Assembly: GCA_002269645.1 (NCBI GenBank)
Contig: NIVC01000087.1
Span: 744,001-808,000 of the forward strand
DNA: 64,000 nucleotides
Direction of reading: 5' to 3'
From: Macrostomum lignano
Taxonomy: Eukaryota
The stretch's first letter is position 1. Each line of letters begins with the position of its first letter. This document shows positions 25,306 to 34,700 of this stretch, one piece after another. Position numbers and translations under genes: made by a program. Under the pieces are notes generated by a model. It was not told the DNA's origin, did no database searches, and was given only the letters and a program-made list of their open reading frames with translations.

Positions 25306-26242
25306 TGATTTCTTTTTGCATTGCACTTCATTTGAGTAGTTTGTCTGTTTATTTGGCTATTTTCTTATTACTTGTAGAGAACAGAGATTCTATACAGATG
25401 TCCCCCAACGGGGGGCGAAGATTGCTAGTTGGTTCTGGTTCTAGAACCAGAACAAGCAATATGAAGAGCCTTTTACTTCTATCTTTTGGATGTAGAAACT
25501 GTACGACGTAAAAAATTATAGAGAAAATTAAACCATTATGACAAGTTTTTAGCCGATTTAAATATCCATTTTACAAAAAGAACCCCGATTTACAGTTTTT
25601 CCGGGTTGATATTTTCAACTGCAACATATTAATCACGAAATTTAAATTTGTACAACGCAGCGTAAAATTTCGTGGAAAGCCAGCTCGATCCGTGGCTCTA
25701 ACTGATATGCTCAAAACACTGTTTACATTAAAAAACTCAGTGTTGCGAATGTAAACGCACGACTATTTAAATTTCTTGTTTATTGCTTATCTTTGTCTTT
25801 TTGACCATTTATAGACATTCTTCTTCTATGTTCTATACAAGATTGTCTGATTGCATCTTGCTTTATTATGGCTATTTTATGTAATCAATACTATTGTCAT
25901 TGACAATGAGCCTAGCCTACTAGATTAAATCATCAATAGCAGATGATTATATATATTATACACCAGAAAGTATCAAAAAGCCATTGCAATAGGCCTAATC
26001 AAGGACCTTTTTTGCATTGCAACAATAAAAAACCTTTTTTGCATTGCAACTATATAGGACCCTTTCTTGCATTATGACATTTTGGGTCTTTCATACATAC
26101 ACCAAAATCTACGCCATACACCAGCTCTGTTCTGGCAGATTGTTCTATACACCAAATACTTTATGCCAACCATTTTTCATGTCCATTATAGCCAGAATTC
26201 TCTAGTGTATATATATGATTTGGGAGTGGGGTATAATGTACA

Positions 26243-26432
26243 TGTAATTACATGCTTGGGCGCAACCTTGGGATTCACTCGGCCGTTTCTATTGGCAACA
26301 CACACATGTAAGTCGCTATTTGATGGAATAGTAGTCACGTGACTGCTCTCAGCCAATAGCGACTTACATGTGTGTGTTGCCAATAGAAACGGCCGGGTGA
26401 TTCCCAAAGTTGCGCATGTATGTGTAATTACA
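26243..26432. repeat. About 190-bp imperfect palindrome centred on GTCACGTGAC
   Basis: The arms of about 80 bp are reverse complements with few mismatches (cggccgtttctattggcaacacacacatgtaagtcgctatt / aatagcgacttacatgtgtgtgttgccaatagaaacggccg). Confidence 0.9.
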
Positions 26433-26819
26433 ACCATCAAACACCATAGTCTCCCCGATGCACCATGCAAGCGGGAACATTTTTGGGATGCAGGGATTCC
26501 CCAAGCAATATTTAAGATCAATACTCAGAATTAACAAAAATCTCTGCTTTTAAAGTATCAAACGCCATGATTTTTTTACAGAAAAAACATCACCCACAAG
26601 ATAAACCAGTTTAAAAGAAAGTTACGGCTACAGATTGAAAGAATTTTTTACAATTTGCCAAAAATTGGTGCTTCCCTATATCCACAGTTTAATCAATTGA
26701 TATTTGATTTTGAGTATTTCTGCTTGCTCTTTGTTGTTGAAAATTGACATGCAGGACTTCACCCAGACACTAAGCGATTATCATAACTCAAACCAGACTC
26801 AAGGCTTTATGCTCAAGAA

Positions 26820-28418
26820 CTATTTGAGAAAAACTGATGTTCCTATCTCCATAATGCATATACAAGAAGTAAAGGTAAAGTGACGTATATGTCTATTGAT
26901 ATTTGGCACAGAGGTATTTATACGTACAAGAATTTTACAACTCACCCAATCAATTGTTGCTGCACTGTCTGCTTTTGGTGGCTCTTCTGCTTGACAAATG
27001 GCACAAAAACCTTGGTTGCTATCAACGGAGTTGTTATTGATTAGTTTCCATATGTAACAACACAATTTGTGCATTTATATTCTTCATTACATTTAATGAT
27101 TTAATTTTGTCAAAATTTCTTGAACATATGTGTCGGCGGTTTCCCATTGCAAGTAAATTCATTTGATAGATATCCCTTGAGCCATGAATTGAAATGGCTT
27201 CTATAAACTCTTGTTTTTCTTCTTTAGTAGTCCTTCAAAAAGAGCTACGTGGTGACATTTGGTGGCAAAACTTTCCTGAAACTTGGACTAAAAATTTCCA
27301 TTCAGAGTCACCCGTCAGCGGATTCTTCATGGCAAATTCATACCGTCGTCTGCATCCCTCGATCTTACAAGAAGCCTTGATTTTCCAAAAGTTGGACTTT
27401 TTCTTACAAGAAGACCAAGTTTTTATGTTATTATAACCCATCATTCGAAGACAACATGTAGAAATTTTGTCTAATTCTCTTAATTATATAAATAGATAGT
27501 TTAATATCAAACTCTAATTCAATTTTCAAGCAGCCCTTGCATAAATTCAACTATTAGACTTTTGATTAATTTGTCAATAAATATAGCCTGTCTTAGATAC
27601 AATTTTTTACTGGTAGTTCTTTTGCCATTTTTTTAATTCTCTGTATTAATAAGATGCAAATGAACACTATATAGAAGAACTTAAAAGTGCGCTAATAACT
27701 TTGATACTTTCCTTCTACAAAACAGATTCATTCTATTTAGAGCTTCTGTGCTATGCTAAGATGCTGCCCTCTTCTCATATTAATATTATAAATTCTTGTA
27801 TAGAGCAGAATATGTTTGAAGTATAGTTCAAATGAAGTAGTAAGAAATCTAAGTGTAGAGTATAATAGATCACAGGAAGAAGAGTTCAGAGTAATGACAG
27901 TTAATAAATTCTTTATTTTATTGATAGTCAGGTAGGTAAAAATAAAAAAAGGAAGAAAGAAAATGAGAAATCTTTAACTGGTATGGAAAAAAATTCTAAT
28001 AAGCTCTTCTAATAGCCAATGAAAAAGCAATTGGCAACAAGCCATATTCTTGAGGATAGATATTTCCGAGGCTCATTAAACATGTATGCACTGTATGACT
28101 ATGGGAATGAGACTGTCTGGGACTTGTTATTGACATTGTCAATTTTTGCAACTTAGTATTTACCTCAACTTAGATTCATATGGCACTTTTATTACACTTG
28201 CAAAATCATTTTCTAAAAGTGGCAACTGGCACAAGGAAATGAAGTTGCCAGATTGGCCTCTGATGCCAAAAATCCAGTTGCCAATGCGATTGGAAAGGGG
28301 CCAAAAAACCCCATATGGCCCAAAAAATAAACCTAGATTTGAAGGTGAATTTGATGTTAGGGTGGGTGAAATTGATTGCTTGAAAAATTGTTTCATGGTC
28401 TTTCTTATTATTTCCTAA
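26820..28418. pseudogene. Possible decayed transposon-borne coding sequence with a PHD-finger-like remnant
   Basis: Broken minus-strand frames contain FCAICQAEEPPKADSAATIDWVSC (first half of a PHD-like finger) and CKIEGCRRRYEF...GKFCH. No family can be assigned by eye. Confidence 0.3.
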
Positions 28419-28725
28419 GTATTTTCTTAAAACTTAGGTGCACAAGGCAGTTTCAACTATTCAGACTCCCAGTAAGTCATATGCTCATACAAAGATTGGC
28501 TAACATGGAAGCTAATGGGTTACCCATAGCACATCCATCAATCTAGAGAAAATACTGCCCATCAAACATTAACAGCCCAGTGATGGCTAGACCAAGCATA
28601 TTTTTGAACATGTTCTTAGGCAAGTTTTAAGTGTGTGTTTATGGATGTAATACATAATGTAACTCAATGCCAACATAGCTATAATCCATGCATTTCATTA
28701 ATTTCATGCATGTCATAAATCAGCC

Positions 28726-31700
28726 ATGAAAATAAAACAGATACAAAGAACAAGTGTTGCCACCTGGTCTCCAGGTAATCAGCAGCCGCTGCTTCTGGCT
28801 GCTGGCACATCTGCACATCAATTAGATGCAACATTCAGGTATGCTTACAATGATTTGCATTCAGGACTTATACTATATGTACATGCAAAAGTCAAGTTGA
28901 CATTTAATTACTCGTTGGTTTTATCCTCTGTCAAATTTTACTAATAAATATAATATTTCATATTGGGAGGAGTTAAAGCTACTTATAAGTCGTATAATCA
29001 GCTGTAGACTTTCAAATTTTCACCTTTGAATGATCTTTATTAAAAGCTACTATTAGTAGCCATCAATGCGTATGTCTTATATTTGTATTTCAGTAGCAAG
29101 GAAGAATTCGTTAGCTATTTTAGGAAAAGCAAGACAATTGGAGTATTGTAAATTTATTCAACTAAAATTAATAAACCAGTCTGAGGGGTTAAGCTAGGCT
29201 TAAGAAGACCAATAAATAATTTATTATCCTAAAAGAAATTAAACCGCTTCTATTTAACTTACTTCTGAACTGAATAGTCTTAACACACTTTAACCGCGTA
29301 TAATATCTTAATTAAACAAACAACAAAACGCAGCACGTCATCCGTTCTGGAGCTTTTCAAAGTCGACCTGACCAGCCCTGACACAGAATTAAAGCCGTCA
29401 GCTAGCATAGAAACTGCCGATAGATTTTGCCGACTAATGTGGGGCAGCCACGGCGTCGATGCCGACCTGCCCTGGGGCGTCCTTGTTGGCGGCACCGCCC
29501 GCGGCAAACTGGTGGTGTACAATCCGGAACGCCTGGCCACCGAGTCTAGCGAATCAGCCGAGGTGTTCACCCAGTCTGGTCACACCGGTTCCGTCGGCGC
29601 CCTGGATTTGAATCCTTTCCAAAAGAATCTGCTGTGCACGGGCGGCGGCGAATCGGAGATATTCGTGTGGGATCTGGCTAATCCCAGCGCCCAGATGGCG
29701 CCAGGCAGCAAGAGTCTGCCAGCCGACGATGTACTCGGCGTTGCCTGGAACCGTCAGGTGTCGCACATTCTTGGCAGCGTGTTCGCCACCCGCTGTATTG
29801 TTTGGGATTTGAAGAAATCCGAGCCGATTATTAAACTGACTGACAGTATGTGCCAAATGCGGCTCAAGCACGTCGCCTGGCATCCCAAGTAAGCTTTGCA
29901 GTAGTTCGGAACTGGTCCACTCGTTTAAGGGTCTATTCTTCAAAAAATAACATTAACCAAAAATACTGGCCATCCTCTCCCGTTGGGTAGGCCGAAACCC
30001 CCCCCCCCCAATGAGCAATGAACTCTCAGCAATTCCCTCCTCTGTGAGCCTTGACATCTCAGCAATTCGCCCTCCCCCCTCTGTGAGCCTTGACATCTCA
30101 GCAATTCCCCTCTGTTAGCCTTGACATCTCGGCAATTCCCCTCTGTTAGCCTTGACATCTCAGCAATTCCCCTCTGTAAGCCTGGACATCTCAGTGATTC
30201 CCCTCTGTTAGCCTTGACCTCTCAGTAATTCCCTCCTCTGTCAGCCTTGACATCTCAGTAATTCCCTCTGTGAGCCTTGACATCTCAGCAATTCCCTCCT
30301 CTGTGAGCCTTGACATCTCAGTAATTCCCTTCTCTGTGAGCCTTGAGATCTCAGTAATTTCCCCTCTGTGAGCCTTGAGATCTCAGTAATTCCCTCCTCT
30401 GTGAGCCTTGACATCTCAGTAATTCCCTCCTCTGTGAGCCTTGAGATCTCAGTAATTTCCCCTCTGTGAGCCTTGATATCTCAGCAGTTCCCATAGTTTT
30501 ACAAAGTAGTCTTCGCAGATACGAGTCGAACATAGGAACTCTGGCACCCGAGTCGAACGCCGAACCGCTGTTCAACCCTTCAGGAGCTCTAAGCATTCAT
30601 TCCATTGTTTGTTAGTTTAAGAAAGCTAGCCTATTAATGCCTCTCGCCGGTTGTGTGACAATGTCGCTTAAAGTGCGCCAGAGTGCACTCAGCCCCCTGT
30701 CTCTGATACATGCAAATCCAAAAAACTGTTCTAACCCCTTAGCAACAAAATGATTTCAGGGTGGCAACCCAGCTGTGCTTGGCCTCGGACGATGACCAGA
30801 CACCGCTGGTGCAGATGTGGGACCTGCGATACGCCACCTCGCCAATGCAGCAGCTCAACGCGCACACTAAAGGCATTCTGTCTATGGCTTGGAGTCCGTT
30901 TGATCCCGACTATCTGCTCTCTACATCCAGGGATAGCAGCTTGATCTGTTGGGATCCGAACTGCAGCTCTCCAGGCGGAGAAATTGTAGTTAAAGCTACT
31001 CTGCCAAACCGTTGGATCTACGATTCCGCCTGGAGTCCCAAGCATCCTTTGCTATTGTGCGCCAGCTCCATGGACGGACAGGTGAGTCCCGGTTTTTTGT
31101 TTTGTTAGAACTAAAAGTTTGCATTTTTTCTCGTTATCGATGTGAAATCTCTATGCGTCTTTTGATATGCTTAAATTTATGCTTAGTTGGTTTCTAAACT
31201 TATATAATATTTACTACGTGTATGTTTTGACTGTATGAGGGGGTTGTAGCCTAGTGGTTAGAGCGTCGGACTCTCGACTGAAAGGTCGGGGGTTCGATTC
31301 CCGATCCCACTCGGAACAATTTGTATCCCTGAGTAAGACACTTAACTCTGCATTGCTTCGGTTCACCCAGCTGTACGCTCGTAAAATGGGTTTAAGCTTA
31401 AGCTCGTAAGCTGGGGTATTGAGGGTGTGTGTGGCGACTCTCCCCCTCCAGTCCTTGGACTGAACAGCAGTACGAAGCCTTCAGATGCGCTTTCATTTAA
31501 CTGACTAAATAAAATTTTCTAACCCTGAACTTTGCCTTCCACAGCTAAGCGTGCTGAACATTCTTGGCGGCTCAGACGGCGAAGATTCATCAGCGCCGGC
31601 AGCAGCAGCCGATAACGCAGCCAACTCTGCCAGCGGTTCAGCCGATCCGTTTGCCCAGGTGCACCAGCCGTCGGTGCCAGCCCAGGTGTGGTATCATCCC

Positions 31701-34700
31701 GGCAAAGCGCCAAAATGGATGCGGCCCCGTTGCGGCGCCCGTTTCGGCTTCGGCGGCCGCCTGGTCAGCTTCGGCTGCGATGCCGCCAGCGACGCATCCG
31801 GGCAGCAGCAGCAGAATCGGCAGGCCAAGATCAGCCAGGTGGTCACGGAGCCGGAGCTGGTGCGCCGAGCTGGCGACCTGGAGCGCGCCCTGTCCGCGGG
31901 CGCGGCCGATCTTGGCGGACATTGTCGGGCCCGAGCCGAGGCCGCTAAAGACGAAGCTGAGCAGCGCCTGTGGCAGTTCCTGGAGACTAATTTCAGCTCC
32001 GATCCGCGCACTCAGTTCCTTAAATTGCTCGGCTTTGAAGCCGACGAAGAGGGCGAAGCCGTCTCGGAGAAGGGCGAAGATAAATCAGAAGCCGAGAGCG
32101 GCGAAGCCGAAACTGACGAGTTCAGCGCCATCGCCGAGGAGGCTAAGCCGCTCGGCCTGGCCTCGGCCACGGAGGACGGCGCCGAGGACGCGGATCTGAC
32201 CAAGGCGCTGATCGCCGGCCGCATTGAGACAGCCGTAGACCTCTGCCTGGACAGAGGCCGCCTGGCCGAGGCCGCCATCCTGGCCGTGGCCGGCGGAGCC
32301 GAACTGTACGAGAGAACCCAAGCCCGCCTGTTCCGCCTGTTGAACACTGACACTGGCCGGCTGATTCGCGCCGTAGTTACCCACGCCTGTCCCTACGTTG
32401 TGCAGCACAGCGGCAACGAGGACTGGCGGCACAGCCTGGCCTTCGCCCTGACCTACGCCAGCGCGGAGGAATTCGCCGAACTAGCTGAACAGATCGGCCG
32501 CCGATTGGAAACCGACGGCAGGCGTCAGGAAGCCGCTCTGTGCTACATCTGCGCCGGCTCCGTGCCCCGCCTAGCCGCCTGCCTGATGCCGGCTGGCGGC
32601 GAGCCGCGGCCGCTGCTACTGCAGGATGTCGTAGAGAAAGCCGAAGTTCTTCGCCTAGCCGTGACCGACGCCGACCATCCGTCAAGCGCCGGCGATCTCG
32701 GCGCCCTGACCGCCCACCTGGGCAGCTACGCAGAGCAGCTAGCCAATCAGGGTGAGTTGCGCGCCGCTTTGCGCTACCTGCAGCCTGCAGCTGTCACTGG
32801 CGACTCAAATCAAACGGCTCGGGCTCACCGGCTCTACCAGGCGCTCGGCTGTCCGCCCGATGTGCCCGCGCCGCCCAATCCCTACAGGCCCACTGTGGCC
32901 GCAGCCAGTGCCGTTGTTAATGGCGGCTATCGGCCAGTGGCCGGACAGCAGCAGCAGCCGCGTCAGCAACTACCTGGCAAGCCGCAGGTACGAGTATCAT
33001 TTGCTTTTTTCTGTATTCCGATTGTAAATACTCTATTTGCTTATTATACTACTAACAACACAGCAGTAGACGCGTCTGACTCTCACGTCACAAACCCTTG
33101 GTTCGATTGGTTTAAGTGGAGCTGTTATACGAGTAACTGTGAAATACCATCCTTATTCATAGGGTGACGCAGTGATTCTACGACGACTGTAGCACGCCTC
33201 AGATACGGCTATACGGCGTATAAATCGCATCAAGTTGACTCTTAGGCGGCTCTTTGACGACTTTTTAGCGACTTTTACTGTGACATCTCGTCGTTTTAGA
33301 GTCGTCTAGAGTCCCTTCTTTCCTATTTTACCTGTGTCATCTGCAACCACCCTGAAACGTTTTCTCTGAATCGTTTTCCTCAGCTAGTCTAATAATCTCT
33401 GGCAACTCCCTTCATTGCAGTCCGGGTCCGCCGCACCCTCGAATCCTTACGCCGTGTCGTCCGTGACCAGCCAGCAGCAGCAGCAGCAGCAGCAGCCAGC
33501 AGCCATGTACAACCCGGCCGCCAATCTGTACCAGCCAACTAGCTATGCTGCCAATCGGACCAATCCACCTTATCCAGCTTATGCTGCGCCTCCCGTACAG
33601 CCAGTGCAGTCCGCCTATCAGCCAGTAGGCAATACCATGTACCAGCCAGGCCAGCCGCCCGCTACTTCTATGTACCAGCCGCCGCCGCCGCCGCCTTCCG
33701 CAACTGGCTACCAACCGCATAGCATGTTGCAGCAGCAGCAGCATCCTCCGCCTCCGCCGCCCTCAAGCTCCCAGTATCCGACTAAGCCGCGCGATTCTTC
33801 TACTAAAGCCGGCTGCGGCGGTTGGAACGATCCGCCGTTTTTATCTGAACAGAAGAAACCGGTAAATATTTGGCTCTGTTGTCGAATTGTCAAATAAGTC
33901 ATGTGTCTTTTTGCACAATGCCTTAAAGGTTAGATTCACAGAAGCTAGCAGTAAAACAACTAGATATGTCAATCGCAAAAATGCGCTATCTACTGTTTTT
34001 TTTCAGTAGCGTTTTTTCCAAAAGTTTTAAAAGTTTTAAAAATTCAAGCAGACAATAAATTTCCTCGTTTTACTAACTCCAGACTGCCTCAGACTAAGAA
34101 TTATTCAATAATTAATGAATTCAAGACTGAAGATTGCAGTAAAACTTGAAAAACCCAAATCCAGTGCGTGGAGAGTGTAGACAATAGGGGTTGGCGCCTC
34201 AGCCCCGAGCCAGGCCGATACAGTGGCTTTCCTTTTGCCCGCTTGTGTCTGACTTTAAATTCTCTCCTTACTGCTCTCTCATTGGCTGGTCTAGATTTGG
34301 CCTGCCACCCTATGCTAACTTTGACCTCTCTCCTTAATGCCCTCTCATTGGCTGTGCTAGATTGGGCCTACCACCCTAGGCTAACTTTGACCTCTCTCCT
34401 TACTGCTCTCTCATTGGCTGTGCTATGCTAGATTGGGCCTGCCCTTTAGGCTAACTTTGACCTCTCTTCTTACTGCTCTCTGATTGGCTGTGCTAGATTG
34501 GGCGTGCGCCCTGCACAAGTGACAAACAGTCACTTGTGTAAACATTCAGTTAGATACTTGCTGTTCATTTTTAATCCCGTTTGCTACAAAGGTCACAAAC
34601 CTCAAGAAATTAAAGTAAATTTTAGCTGCCACATTAAATTTAAACAAATTTAACTGCGAGGGACGACATATCTAGTTAGTCTGACTTTAGTATCTATGCC

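Larger units (their letters stand above)
10432..25428 (+). mobile_element. Head-to-tail concatemer of non-autonomous Helitrons: units 10432-18275 (composite, internal 3' end at 13116), 18276-21081 and 21082-25428
   Basis: Each unit starts TCCTATATACTAAAAATG and ends with a GC hairpin (cccccaacgggggg) about 10 nt before CTAG. The junctions CTAG|TCCTATA are at 18275/18276 and 21081/21082. The whole block sits between A (10431) and T (25429) with no TSD. No Rep/helicase ORF. Confidence 0.9.
9215..25472. mobile_element. Diverged, internally deleted MITE copy 3 (about 150 bp of its own sequence), split by a hAT element and the Helitron concatemer
   Basis: Fragments 9215-9265, 10378-10431 and 25429-25472 join into a sequence collinear with copies 1 and 2 (...aaagttatgctttacaaa|ttggttctggttctagaaccagaacaagcaatatgaagagcc). 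Degenerate TIRs and a possible TTA TSD (9212-9214 / 25473-25475). The left end is less certain than the right. Confidence 0.7.

Noticed and set aside
13113-25511. Many ORFs with His/Lys-rich or DACYLG repeats
   Set aside because: They are pure translations of 23-bp and 18-20-bp satellites inside Helitrons, with frequent stops and no splice or homology support.
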